From: a bacterium
GTDB lineage: Bacteria > UBA8248
DNA length: 64,000 bases
Direction: 5' to 3'
Assembly: GCA_965213685.1 (NCBI GenBank)
Contig: CBDBZY010000064.1
Coordinates: 704,001-768,000 of the forward strand
Positions 1-13,709 of the stretch are shown one piece after another. How positions within the stretch are numbered: the stretch's first letter is position 1; the number at the start of each line of letters is the position of its first letter. The notes beneath the pieces were generated by a model. The model was not told the origin of the DNA and made no database searches. It saw only the letters and a program-made list of their open reading frames with translations. The translations under genes were made by a program, and so were the position numbers.

Positions 1-256
1 TCACAGAGGTCCTTTGCAAGAACATGCATGTACATTGCATGTTGCATGTAAAGGGGGTATACGCATACATACAAACAGGTAAGTATGTCTTCCCCTTTCT
101 GACATCATACGCATTCTTTTGTCACCAACATTCCTTATCCACTCAGTTGTCTCCATCATCCTTTGCACATCTCCATTCCCTTATCACTAACATTCCTTAG
201 TCTCCCACTTGTCTTCACCATTTGTTGTATTATATACTTTTAAGCGTGCAGTTGTA

Positions 257-300
257 TATTCACTGATGATGGTAGCTGAATAGCTTCTGAAACGTTTGCA
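257..300 (+). other. Degenerate minimal hammerhead-like motif of the kind found at Penelope-like element ends (copies at 7163-7193 and 15856-15886)
   Basis: CTGATGA (263-269), then hairpin GGTAGCT-GAAT-AGCTTCT, then GAAACGTT. Stem I pairing is poor and the third copy reads GAAAT. Confidence 0.35.
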
Positions 301-594
301 GAAACTTTTCAGATCTTTCGCTAAAGTAGTTCTCAAGATTCTTACAATACTGTCTTAGAAATTCTATACATAAATGTATAAGTTATCAAATACAACGATG
401 CAGTGTTGCAAAATTGTAACCAAGTACATTTCCTCCTGCCCTCACCATCTTATAAGTATACTAATTATAAAATTATAGGTGGCTATGAAACAAGCAATAT
501 ATGCAAAGGAATGAGCACACAGAGTACAAAAAACTGAACCAAAATGTATAGAGTTCAACTAGATTATTCAGTGGTGCATTGTGGTACACCAGAC

Positions 595-2084
595 CTAATT
601 AGCATGCTCTAGATGAAAAAGCATAAAACTATTTCTATTGTTATGGGATTTAGATGATTTTTCAACAAATAACTGGTATTGGGGGGGATTCCCAACTTCT
701 TTAACACATAGTTTGCCATTCCCACATCGAATGAAGTACCATCCATTCCCTATCATCCAATCATCTGTGTCTACTGCCATTTTTTCTTCCTGGAGTGGAT
801 CTTTTAATGACATTCTTGTGTTCTCCTTAGTGATTTGTTGGGTGGTAATTTTTGGCCGATTTACAATTGCAATATAAGCACTGGCATTACCTTCATCAAC
901 TTTTCTTATTGCAAATTCATTTGCACATTCTTGTTCAATAATAAATTTTGTTGCTTGTGTACTGTCAGTTGTTCCAACAATTCTTTCTCCTGTATCATGC
1001 CCCATTAGATATAGTGGATTTTCCTTTGAACGACACATAATACGATAGGTCCCAACAGCTGAAAAGTACAGAAACAAATACATGCATTGTAATTATCTGG
1101 TGACTTTCTACTAAGATACATGTGTTAGAAATGTGTATGAATAAGACTGTTCTTTGTGGTAACTGTAGGGACACAATTATTGGAGATGACACAAGTACCA
1201 GTTATCAAAATTACATAGCTATCAACATACATACACTGAATATTTCACTCACATTTCTTCAGCCTTTCCTCGCAGTACTGCTGCACAGCTTGCTGAAGTG
1301 CTCTTGCTAGGTCGGGTGTCTTCACCAGTCTGTCAATGGGCATGATTTCAATTCCAATCACCTCCTCCTTTGCCACCGAAAACCCATCAGCCAACTTCCC
1401 AATCACATCTATCTGCACATGTTTAGAAAACCTCATCACTGCATGTGTTAGTTCAATGTGCGCTGAAACTGATGATGCTGCAGGAACAGGAACTGCAGCG
1501 CCAGCTTTCCCTCCAGCACTGAACAGACAGTTATATTCCTTTAAGCTTACCACTTGATACTTCATTGCTCCAAACATGAGAGCGGTGGAGTAATGCGTTA
1601 TACCATATTTGGTGATAAATTCTGTGCACAAACCTACTAAGGTCTGCTGTCTCTGCTCGTTCTCTTCGATGTTGGCAAAATCTATTGCCTTGCGAAGGTC
1701 ACTCTCGAATGATGTGTGCTCTGCGTCGCCAGGAGTGACATTGAAAGATATTGTACGAGTATGCACTCTTGTTCCTATTACTTGTTGCGAGTAAGCGACC
1801 TCGTGGGAGAAGCCCTCATCCATACCGACTTTGACGGCGGCGCTGAGAGCACCAGGCTGCGTGTTGGTATTGAAAATCATATCTTTCCTGTGTAGCACAT
1901 CGTGACTGTAGTGGACCACAGTACCCGGCTCGCGCATCACCACGATATCATCCTGAGTAAAGCAGCGCCGAACTTGAAAAGAAGTTTTGTTTTTCCAAGG
2001 ACTGTAGTTTGTGACGTCTAGTCCGAGACCAAGGCCGCGCTCCCTAGCAAGCTCAACGTAATTAATCTTGGGCTTCCCAGACAT
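595..2084 (-). CDS. Type-A MACPF-like + putative beta-trefoil protein, copy A1 (exons 2084-1253 and 1058-595; 431 aa, intact)
   Basis: Exon 1 has MACPF-type motifs: GLGLGLDVT, FITKYGITHYSTALMFGA (cf. [YW]G[TS]H[FY]x6GG) and IGIEIMPIDRLV..LARALQQAVQQY. Donor AAAT|GTGAGT at 1253/1252 and acceptor ttttcAG|CT at 1059/1058 join the two ORFs in frame (phase 1). No signal peptide. Confidence 0.8.
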
Positions 2085-2193
2085 ATTTGATGAGTTTGAG
2101 ACGCCGTTCCCTGACGTGGAGGATTCTCAACAGGTTGGCTCTAGCGGAGAGACTACTCCCCGGGCTGATTCAACTGGCATAAAACCGCAAGAG

Positions 2194-2201
2194 TGACGTC
2201 A
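2194..2201. promoter_or_regulatory. Perfect CRE/ATF palindrome TGACGTCA ~110 bp upstream of the type-A start
   Basis: Present upstream of all three A copies (also ~11650 and ~18734). The copies are recent duplicates, so conservation is weak evidence of function. Confidence 0.3.
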
Positions 2202-2254
2202 TATTTCGTGGAATGCATGTTAGGCTCTGCCCCACCCAGTCGCTACAACGCCTG

Positions 2255-2389
<135 letters not shown>

Positions 2390-2966
2390 TGTGGACCAAC
2401 TATATTTACCAGTTGGACTACTTCAGGAAAGGCCATGATTCATGTAGGGATGGTAAATTTCCTAGGTGACTTCTGGATTGAAGTACGTTTATTCAGAAAG
2501 ATAACCTCACATATAGACTAGATCTGGATTTGCCATATGATTCACATACATGTGAACTGTTGGCATAAATTGAGTGCAGTGCATACACATGTGGTCACTG
2601 GTATCCCTATCACCAGAGACTCTGCAACTTACTCTCAACTGTGGTAAGGAAACATATCATACAGTATCTCATACTATCTATGGAATGTGTAGGGTGTCTC
2701 CAGAGTAATGGCTGATGTGACATGTGTGCTTGAAACATGATGGGTAAGCAGCATACCACACCTGCACCACCAGTGCCATAGTCATGGTCAATCAGTGCTA
2801 TGTCATGTTCGATGAACTTATGAACGCCCTTTTCCTCAACTGCTCAATGACCCACGTTACTTAGAAGATATATCAAAAGCATTCTGCACATTCCATAGAT
2901 CCATCCAGTGTGCAATGTGCAGAATGTGTAGGATATATTACCTTCTAAGTAATGTGGAGAGTGTAA

Positions 2967-3211
2967 AGGCTCCCATAAACGAGGCAACTTTATTTCTGGC
3001 AACAGTTGCCTGCAACAATGTTGCCACGTGTATGATGCAATGTTGCGTTGTTGCTCGTTGCCAGCAACTGTTGCTCGGAAATAGAACTGTAGTCTAAATG
3101 CCAGCAACAGTTGCCGGCAACACGCAACAACACAACATTACATCATACATGTGGCAACATTGTTGCAGGCAACTGTTGCCGGCAACAAAGTTGCCTCGTG
3201 TATGGGGGCCT
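2967..3211. mobile_element. PIF/Harbinger-like MITE
   Basis: TIR AGGCTCCCATAAACGAGGCAACTT / AAGTTGCCTCGTGTATGGGGGCCT, TAA on both flanks, internal GCAAC/GTTGC repeats. Confidence 0.7.
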
Positions 3212-5402
3212 TAAGATGGGTGACATGACTCATGCACCCTTATCTTCATCCTGTAAACTAGAAGCCCTATTTCATCTAGCTAAAGGAGACAAGCCAGTAA
3301 TAGTATACCTATTCTGTAATATCCAATGCAATATAGAGAGATGTAGGGATGGCAGTGCCAAAACCCACAGAAACTAGGTTTAGGGATGGTAGTGTGCAGG
3401 TAAGAAAGCACATACAAGGCTACACCAATTGCTGTACTCCTTATGGTATGTACCTACACACACACAGACACAAGAGGTGAGATTGTGACTTTAAACTACA
3501 CCTGAGAGCATTGATGACAAGCTACCTGAAGATGGTTCTATAGCTATTACACAGCAAAATAGAGATGGTTATTTCAACCAGAGTTTGGTTATCTCAGTTG
3601 CAAGTAGTTGAGCTGAATTCTACAAACTACTTTCACACTGTTCTCAGGAGTGTGTAAGGTCTCCAGAGTGATGGGTGTCATGACATGTACTTAAAACATG
3701 ATGGGTAAACAGCATGCCTTTCATGCATGATCAGTGCTATTCATGCCCAGTGAACTGGTGAGTGCCATGTCTTCCTCTACTGCTCAATGACCAGTATTAC
3801 TGGAGACACATTCCACACATTTTACACATCCAATCAGTGCCAGATGTTGAGAGAATAAACATGCAATGGAGACAATCATACTTGTGGGTTAAAAACATTT
3901 TTTTCTGGTGTCCAAAAATGATTGAATGATTGTGGTCAATGAGTGCCACTTAAACACATGCAAATATACTGTGAGGCTGAAGGTAGAAAGAAAAAAAGCA
4001 ATAATATACACCCTCACCTACAATAAATGCTATTCCCAGCATTATATATAGTACTGGTACTTCAGTTTATTATCAATGTGTTTGGAGGCAATGGGCTCTT
4101 GGAGGAATTTTGAAGCCATGGAGTTATGTACATTTCTACCATATGCATGTATGCAAGCGCAAGCCAAATCAACTCCTGAGTAGATGAATCACAAGCCAAT
4201 TCCCAAATGGAGGAAACAGTAATGATCACTACTGTTTCCTCCATATATGACTCGTAGTTTCCTCCATTGAGGATTAGATGCAGCTTCAGGCCGGTAGCCG
4301 AGGGGGGGTTGAAAGGGTTGGCCGACACCCCCTCCCCCTCCCCCTCTGCCTGATCCACCTGGTTCGTTACTGGAACCCAGGAAGACTAATAGTGGTAGTG
4401 ATGATACAGGTGTAATAATTATAGTTAAGCAGCCAAGTGCAAGCAAGAAAATCAGAATATGACTGAAGTGTTAGCCTCAGCAGATATTCTCTTAAGCATT
4501 CTGTTTACAGGGTGTACATGCATGTTAACAACTGAGAAAGACTCCCACAGCCTATTAGACTTCTTTCCTTGTTCCAGGGTTATTCACTGTGTGGTAGCAG
4601 CCTGATGCATAGATAGAAGTTTTCTGTGTGTTGTCAATAACATTCCAGAATATAGTTTTCACAGCTTAAAAGTGCTTATGCATGAAAGCCAATACGTGAC
4701 ACAATGAACCCCACATAACGAACATCATTGTCAAACCAACCAATTTGTTTTTGCTGTGTAGCACAGCGAAAATGAAATTGTTCCTTTAACAAAACCTTCA
4801 CCATGTTAGCTGCACTTGTGTATCCATGTCCAAAGTTTGCGATCATTACTATACAGACTTACTATTTCCTTGTCGTGGGACCTACAACCGTATAACACTT
4901 ATATGTATAGTATGTGAAAAAAATGGAAGGCAGCAAGTTGAACAATATTGCATTAGCTGTGAGTTACAAGGTGGAGTAGTAGTATTACAGTTACTAGTCA
5001 CACTGTGACACACACAAAATACCTTTACACCGACTACCAAGAAATGTTGACAGGAAGAAACATAGAGGAGGTTTTGTACATGTTGAAGTGCATTGCAGCT
5101 ATAAACGTGTCTAAGTAGTATTTTAAATTCATAAATTCATACACTTGAAGCAAGCAGCGATATTTCATCTGCAAATTAAGGAAGCGGGAGGCGCCACCCC
5201 AATTAAAGCGCCCTTAGCCCCGTTGAAGTGCATGTAGGTGTGGTCTGATCTGGAGATTCTCAATATAAGAGAGCAGATCGACTCATCGCCACAAAACTCC
5301 AGATTAAACAGTTTAATTGAAACAGGAATAAGCCATTCGTTTCGTTCCATCGTGCACCCACCCAGCTGGTAACTCTCCACAATAGTATCGTTATTGTCAG
5401 AC

Positions 5403-6256
5403 ATGGCGGCATATCACAACCCCCAAATCCAGACCAAAGCCGCAGACAATCATCTTGAGCTGACGGAAGCAAAGCAGCGTGGCCTTGGCCTCAGACTGGA
5501 CGTCACAAACCCTGACCCATGGGGACATGAAACATCTTCCGAAGTTCGACGCAATGTCACCGCGGATGATATTTCGGTAATATGTGGGCCATGTAAAGTG
5601 AACCACTATAGCCGCTTAGTTGCTAATAGCAAAGACCTGGTTTTTAATGCCGACGCACGTGCATTCATGAAGCCGTCAAAGTCGGTTTGGATGCTGGTTT
5701 TTCTCGCAAGCTTACCCATTCGCAGCGAGTCATCGGAACAAGAGTGCACACTCGTACAGTGTCCTTTAAAATCATTCCTGGAGACACAACCGAAACATCG
5801 TTTGAGAGTGAACTTCGTAAGGAAATGAAATTCGATAGCATTAAAGAAGACGTCCAATACATGCAGACGCTAAAGGAAGAGTGCGAAAGTTTTGTAAGGA
5901 GATACGCTATCACACATTACTCGCCGGCTATTATGCTAGGAGCAATAAAATACCAATTTGTGAGTTTAAATCAACAAACTAGTCGCTTTCGGTTAGGACT
6001 GAACGCTACTGCAGCAAATGTAGCACTCGCTTCTACAGCTCCAACAGCCGCAGCACAGGTGGAGCAACTCTGTGCCTCAACAAAGTTTTCAAAGAATGTG
6101 CAGTTGGAAGAAATTGGTAAATTGGCAAATGATTTTTCAGTGACAAAGGAGAAGTGATTGGAATTGCGCCTATTGACAGACTGGTGAAGACACCAAAGCT
6201 AGCAAATGCCCTTCTGCAAGCTGTACAGACATACTGCAGGGAAAAGCTGCATAAGT
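5403..6256 (+). pseudogene. Type-B MACPF-like gene, copy B1 (exon 1 only, frameshifted)
   Basis: MAAYHNP...RGLGLRLDVTNP, VIGTRVHTRTVSF, YAITHYSPAIMLGA. 7-bp deletion near 5663 relative to B3 and a second frameshift near 6150. Donor AAGT|GTAGGT at 6256; no exon 2 found downstream. Confidence 0.8.
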
Positions 6257-7392
6257 GTAGGTTTAATATCTTTCCCTGATGCGTGTTACACAACAAAAAT
6301 GTTTGCACCTCAGCTGTCTGGTTTTTATAGTGGATGATGTCATGCTTTACAATCACTAAATTATTAATTCTTTCTTGATTGCATTGAGACATGTTCATAG
6401 ATAGTATAGACACGTAACAGTTGTGTCTATCGCGTATTCTCTTCCACATGACATTTATTGAACATGACAGTGGTTACAGTCATGCAACAGTGGGACTCTG
6501 TACTGGTATATATGCAAACTATTTGCATTTTTTAAAAACACATGAAATGCTGTATCATGTAAATAAGTCCAGCAGCACAACATGCATGCAGCCTTTGTTC
6601 TGTTACATGACCAGTGAAGAAGCAAGTGAGATGAATATCTTTTCAGATCTGCTATATACTCAGCATGTGAACACTCATATCACAAGGTTGCTATAGCAAA
6701 TGGCACATTGATGGCAGCCATGAATGGTCATCAACCTCGCAAGAAGTGATAAGGGGGTCCTTACCTATGGCAATAGGATATGTCATGAAGGACATTTTGC
6801 TGTCTGTTTGTCACACATTACAATCAAATCTCCCTGTTGAGTTAGGGATGTTTACTACAGCCATGCAGACACATACGTACCACTGCAAATGAAATACATG
6901 GTGGTGGTTATAGTTGAACATCTCCACTACTACATTATTCAAGTGGTACACGTACATGTATAATATTATAGCTGTACATGTGAGCTAGTTGGTAAGCTAC
7001 TTAGAAACTTCAGCCGTGTGTATGTCTCCTGTGCCTCAATGGCTCAACTGCCTATATATGCTGTTCCTACTCCTGAAATGCATGAGGGTATCGATGTCAT
7101 TGGAATGATTAGACAGGAGTGATACATGGCCATCGGGCAGGAAGTATGCAAGAAAATATTCCCTGATGATGGTAGCTGAATAGCTTCTGAAACGTTTGCA
7201 AAAACTTTTCAGATCTTTCATTAGAGTATGTAGTTTTCAAGATTCTTACAATACTGTCTTAGAAATTAAGTTGTCAAATACAACGATGCAGTGTTGCAAA
7301 ATTGTAGCCAAGTACATTTCCTCCTGCCCTCACCATCTTATAAGTATAATATTATTAACCCTCGTGCACATGCACGCGGAGGGTTAGTGTAG

Positions 7393-7479
<87 letters not shown>

Positions 7480-7534
7480 TGTCTGTCTGTCTGTCTGTGT
7501 GTCTGTCTGATGGAAAGAAAGAGGAAGAAAAAGT

Positions 7535-7607
7535 GGACTCCTGCGGGACTCGAATCCACGACTCTCAGCTTTATACACTGACGCTCTACCGACTGAGCTA
7601 AAGAGCC
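7535..7607 (-). mobile_element. tRNA-derived SINE head / tRNA-like pseudogene (partial second copy 7986-8042)
   Basis: GGCTCTTTAGCTCAGTCGGTAGAGCG...GGATTCGAGTCCCGCAGGAGTCC has A and B boxes and can form a cloverleaf, but the anticodon loop (GTATAAA) is non-canonical. Followed by a T-run and embedded in a TE. Confidence 0.6.
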
Positions 7608-7847
7608 CAGCCAGCAGGCAAAGTCGATAGGCTGTTCCCTTATAGAGAACACTTTTTCTTCTAAAGGGCAGTGAGAAACCATATCCTAACAACAGCCTCT
7701 GCTGGTCTGCAATGAAGCCCCCTGCTGCCCCAACAGACAGGATGGTTATTAAAGTCTAGGGCAACCAACCTAGCCTAGCCTAGTTAGTCTGTGGGGCGGT
7801 GGCTGAAGCAGGAGACCCATTAAGGGTCTGTTTTTTTTAAAGTATAG

Positions 7848-8217
<370 letters not shown>

Positions 8218-8818
8218 GCCTGCATGACCGGATTTTCTCCGTAACCGTAGATGCTGCGTTCTTCAAAGTTGGAGAATAGGAGAAGCGTCGTAGTCTCTCG
8301 GAACTCGTGAACTCTGGAGCCGCTCGGTTGATGTGAGGCTACCGGTGAGCGAAAGTAACTTTTCGAGGCTGTGTAAACTCCCGTTTTCGAGGTTCCATTA
8401 TAGCTACTAATGGAGTGGAAGTGCAAACGGTACGATCTGGTGTCATATACGCGGTTGGGAGCTTTTCGGCCCAGCCAAAGCGGCAAGCCTAGCTCAGTAG
8501 AGGTAGTAGTACTTGGGTGCGCACCTATTGGAGAAGTATACGTTCTTGGGCTGCTCAAGGCCAAGCGAGCTTCTGTTCCTACTCAAGCATTTAGTACCGA
8601 GGTGATATAGTGTGATATATTATATTTTTGAGGTGATACTTCTAAGATGTTCCTTGGTATATATGATTAATGAGACTGTCTTCACAGTGTAGGGGTGTGT
8701 GTGTGTGTGTGTGTTGTTTGCAAGTGCAATGTTTGTGAATGCTATTCAGCAGTGCTAGTCATAAGGCTAACATACACTTCTACAAAGACATGCATCAAAA
8801 ATGAATGGCATGACTGTG

Positions 8819-9063
8819 CACTGCAAAAAGAGAATTGTTCTTTTAACAAAGACCTTGGTCATGTGAGTTGCACCTGCACAACTGTGTCCATGCTTTCCTC
8901 GCATGTAGTACACAATCACAACATTTCCTTGTCATGTGGCCCATGACACAGCCGATAATGGCTGTTATGATAATATTTATAGTGTTTGAGAGTACAGTTT
9001 ACATGGCCTTACAACTTATGTGACAAAGGTCTTTGTTAAAGTAACAATGTCATTTTTGCTGTG
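8819..9063. mobile_element. CACTA/EnSpm-like MITE nested in the HINE
   Basis: Ends CACTGCAAAAA / TTTTTGCTGTG with a 2-bp TG duplication. Empty site GACTGTGGTGAA at ~16940 in the paralogous HINE. Confidence 0.7.
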
Positions 9064-9249
9064 TGGTGAATATATTTATCCATTAAGCTGCGCAAGGGTT
9101 ATGCACTTTCCAAGTGCTTTTCATTATATTATAAAGTAATAGGTGGCTATGAAACAAGCATATTTATGCAAAGGAATGAGCACGAGTACATAGAGTACAA
9201 CCAAAATGTTCAACTACATTATTCAGCAGTGTATTGTGGTACACCAGAC

Positions 9250-10751
9250 CTAATTAGCATGCTCTAGATGAAAAAGCATAAAACTATTTCTATTGTTATG
9301 GGATTTAGATGATTTTTCAACAAATAACTGGTATTGGGGGGGATTTCCTTGTGCAATTTCCTTAACACATAGCTTGTCATTCCCACATCGAATGAAGTAC
9401 CATCCATTCCCTGTCATCCAATTATCTGTGTCTACTGCCACTTTTTCTTCCTGGAGTGGATCTTTTAATGACATTCTTGTGTTTTTCTTAGTGATTTGTT
9501 GGGTGGCAATTTTTGGCCGATTTACAATTGCAATATAAGCACTGGCATTACCTTCATCAACTTTTCTTATTGCAAATTCATTTGCACATTCTTGTTCAAT
9601 AATAAACTTTGTTGCTTGTGTACTGTCAGTTGTTCCAACAATTCTTTCTTCTGTATCATGCTCCATTAGATATAGTGGATTTTCCTTTGAACGACACATA
9701 ATGCGATAGGTCCCAACAGCTGAAAATACAGAAACAAATACATGCATTGTAATTATCTTGTGACTTTCTACTAAGATACATGTGTTAGAAATGTGTATGA
9801 ATAAGACTGTCTTTTGTTGTAACTGTAGGGACACAATTATTGGAGATGACACAAGTACCAGTTATCAAAATTACATAGCTATCAACATACATACACTGAA
9901 TATTTCACTCACATTTCTTCAGCCTTCCCTCGCAGTACTGCTGCACAGCTTGCTGAAGGGCTCTGGCTAGGTCGGGTGTCTTCACCAGTCTGTCAATGGG
10001 CATGATTTCAATTCCAATCACCTCCTCCTTTGCCACCGAAAACCCATCAGCCAACTTCCCAATCACATCTATCTGCACATGTTTAGAAAACCTCATCACT
10101 GCATGTGTTAGTTCAATGTGCGCTGAAACTGATGATGCTGCAGGAACAGGAACTACAGCGCCAGCTTTCCCTCCAGCACTGAACAGACAGTTATATTCCT
10201 TTAAGCTTACCACTTGATACTTCATTGCTCCAAACATGAGAGCGGTGGAGTAATGCGTTATACCGTATTTGGTGATAAATTCTGTACACAAACCTACTAA
10301 GGTCTGCTGTCTCTGCTCGTTCTCTTCGATGCTGTCGAAATTTATTGCCCTACGAAGGTCACTCTCGAATGATGTGTGCTTTGCGTCGCCAGGAGTGACA
10401 TTGAAAGATATTGTACGAGTATGCACTCTTGTTCCTATTACTTGTTGCGAATAAGCGACCTCGTGAGAGAAGCCCTCATCCATAGGCCATACCGACTTTG
10501 ACGGCGGCGCTAAGAGCACCAGGCTGCGTGTTGGTATTGAAAATCATATCTTTCCTGTGTAGCACATCGTGACTGTAGTGGACCACAGTACCCGGCTCGC
10601 GCATCACCACGATATCATCCTGAGTAAAGCAGCGCCGAACTTGAAAAGAAGTTTTGTTTTTCCAAGGACTGTAGTTTGTGACGTCTAGTCCGAGACCAAG
10701 GCCGCGCTCCCTAGCAAGCTCAACGTAATTAATCTTGGGCTTCCCAGACAT
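9250..10751 (-). pseudogene. Type-A MACPF-like + beta-trefoil gene, copy A2 (exons 10751-9913 and 9719-9250; frameshifted)
   Basis: Near-identical to A1/A3. A 7-bp insertion (GGCCATA, ~10485-10491) gives a stop at 10476, and a MITE sits ~70 bp upstream of the ATG. Confidence 0.85.
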
Positions 10752-10819
10752 ATTTGATGATTTGAGACACCGTTCCCTGACGTGGAGGATTCTCAACAGG
10801 TTGGCTCTAGCGGAGAGAC

Positions 10820-11600
10820 TAGTCTCGTGAACCAGACCGTCGGAAAATACGGTCTGGCCAAACTCGCCAGGTTTCGTTTCCGCTTGGAATGTTGTCACGT
10901 GTGAATAATTGGCAATAGGAACTTAACACTATACATATAAGCAACCGCAAGGGACCATGACTCCAGGAAGACTCCGCCATACACTGGCTACAGCAGCTCT
11001 ATCTGTTGCTCTAGTCTGTTCTTTTCGGCACACACAAACGTGGATAGAACTACAGCTAATGTCACTGCCGCCGAAAGCGGAGACACGATTAGTTGGTTGG
11101 GTGGCGTAGTATGCTGAGCTTTGTCTCCGAAGTACACGTAGCACGACGACGTCTAACAACTGACGATTCTCCCATGTTTTTCGCTGGATGAACAAGCCTA
11201 GAAAACTGTGTCCCCGAGTTTGCGGCTCCATCTTGTAATAGGGTAAGGGCTAGGCTAGGGACTACAGCATACGATCATGTGGCTGAGGAACGGCTACGGC
11301 TAGACTAGGGCTAGACTAGATACTGGTAGTCTCGTAGCTCGATAGCGAGCCATGGAGACTTCTCTGCCACCTCAGACACTTGCATACATATATGCCACAC
11401 TAAGATGTGCATGCTTTGAGGTTTTCGCGGAACGCGCATAGCGCCAATCAATGCAGATCTGAAATCTGATTGGTCACGACAAGATCTTGTCGTGGCCTCG
11501 AAAACCAGGCGAGTTTGGCCAGACCGTATTTTCCCTTCTTCCCCTCCCCCTTTCGCTCGCGCATGCGCGTTCACGGAATACGGTCTGGTTCACGAGACTA
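10820..11600. mobile_element. AcademH-like non-autonomous DNA transposon
   Basis: Perfect 21-bp TIR TAGTCTCGTGAACCAGACCGT, TAG..CTA termini, 9-bp TSD CGGAGAGAC (10811-10819 / 11601-11609). Absent from the A1 and A3 promoters. Confidence 0.75.
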
Positions 11601-11709
11601 CGGAGAGACTACCCCCCGGGCCGATTCAACTGGTATAAAACCGCAAGAGTGACGTCATATTTCGTAGGATGCATGTTAGGCTCGGCCCCACCCAGTTGCT
11701 ACAACGCCT

Positions 11710-11817
<108 letters not shown>

Positions 11818-11895
11818 CTAAACTAAAACACTCACTGGGCTTTAACATCTGCCCTTACTGAGGCTAATCACTCAGTAAACATCTTAGCTTATTAA

Positions 11896-12471
11896 GGGAG
11901 GGCGAGTCATGATTGCGTTCTTCGTCAATTACTCTACCGTCGCTTTCCCCCTACATTTACCAACGCTAAAACGACAGCAGTTCTTTGGCGCGGTTGCAAA
12001 TTTGCTGGGAAAAAATTCATATTTCCCGCTACCGTTGGACGTGCGGCGCTGTGTGGCGCCAACCGGTGAAGAGGTGGATGCTCGCCAAAGGGGAGTGAAC
12101 TATAGTTTATGCGCAATGGGTTGCTCGAGGCTTGGCTTGCTACTTTACGGCAGAATTTGCTACCGTTTTTCTAAATTCTACAGCACGAAGAAAACGATTA
12201 TATGTGTAGAAAGAAAGATTTAGCATGGATTTTTAAAGCAAACTTAGATAGCCAACATGCTTAGTAATCATCCACCGAAGTTTCGTCTCTGCAACATTAG
12301 CCGTTATTGGCAAATTGTTTTTCTATAATTAGCGATATGCATATTGCGTAAATTTTATAATTCTATGAACCGACGTATTACGCAAAACTACGTTATTTCG
12401 CTAATAGGCATCATTAGGAGAATACAATAAAACATAAATCAGGCAAAATCATGTCTTAGGGTCGTCCTGCC
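11896..12471 (+). mobile_element. TTAA-targeting MITE, Kolobok-like (copy 1)
   Basis: TTAA TSD, GG..CC termini with imperfect TIR (GGGAGGGCGA / TCGTCCTGCC). Empty site AGCTTATTAATACTT at ~18941. Confidence 0.75.
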
Positions 12472-13709
12472 TTAATACTTGCAATATTTGACTTCCACTA
12501 TTTCACCTTTCACGGTATGACATCTAGATTCAATAGGCCTATCAACATCTCCAGTTTCCAAGTCACCAGGAAAGGCCATGATTCATGTAGGGATGGTAAA
12601 ATTAATTTCCTAGGTGACTTCTGGATTGAAGTACGTTTATTCAGAAAGATAACCTCACATGTAGACTAGATCTGGATTTGCCATATGATTCACATACATG
12701 TGAACTGTTGGCATAAATTGAGTGCAGTGCATACACATGTGGTCACTGGTATCCCTATCACCAGAGACTCTGCAACTTACTCTCAACTATGGTAAGGAAA
12801 CATCTCAATACAAAGCTGTGACAGCAGCTGCTCTGTGAAAAGAAGGCGGTGTAGGTGAAGGAAGAGATATATGGAAGGTTTGGGGAAGGAATGTGTCACC
12901 TCCACAGTGTAATACTAGAATGGAGGAAACTGTCAGCTGTAGTGCTCCGAAACTACTCTCTTCCTCACCCTTATGTAAACCATAAACCTAATCAGCTAAT
13001 CCAGCATTGTACACTGGAGGAAAGACTAATAGCCATGATAAGGCAAAACACCATTTCTTTCCTCAGAAACTATAGCTTTGTCACATGAGTATTCCTATTC
13101 ATGCTAGGTTTAATATTATGATGTCAGCAAAGTTGTGTTAAAGAGCATAGTCAGTCTTTGGAGCAGTAACTCAGAATGCCACCAAAGTATATAACACTCT
13201 CATGAACCATCAGCACACCTAGCATCATGGGCAGAACATTCAGACTATTATACACACACATTCTGTAATCCACATGAAATGTGCAAGGTGTGCATACCTC
13301 CAAATAGAGGTTGTCTATTGATCACCACTGTGTCCTCCATGCACATAGGATTGGCTGTGGCTTACATGTTGGCATACAAGGTTTCCAAGAGATCCTATGA
13401 TAACCCAAGCCATACATCTTGGCAATTACCCTTTCCATACATGTCACTGCTATATCTTTGAGGAAACACATTCCTGACCTCATGCATAGAGTGGTACATG
13501 AGCATATGTACCATTCCTCCTCATTTTTGCTGCCATTCTACTGTACACATGAGCAAAAAAGCAGCCATGTTTTCTCTCAATCTCTCTTGTTGATTGCATT
13601 GCCCATGCTGGAATTAAGAACCATTATCATCTGTCTTATCCTGAAAATATTTACAGTCACATGGTGGAGTATGGAGTACTACAGTTGTTTTTCTTTACCT
13701 AAATAGGGT

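Noticed and set aside
595-1083. Standalone 162-aa gene, or a prokaryote-style two-gene operon with 1245-2084
   Set aside because: The ORF start lies in intronic polypyrimidine sequence; GT-AG splicing, conserved in A and B paralogs, joins the two ORFs in frame.
1245-2084. Gasdermin identity for the 277-aa domain
   Set aside because: Visible motifs (LGxGxD, THY-x6-G, PIxxLV) fit MACPF and no gasdermin helical C-terminal domain is present; not excluded without structural modelling.
7535-7607. Functional tRNA gene
   Set aside because: Non-canonical anticodon loop, altered T-arm, embedded in a nested repeat; better explained as a SINE head. The same applies to the tRNA-like sequences at 46.1, 48.5, 49.2, 54.7 and 55.5-56 kb.
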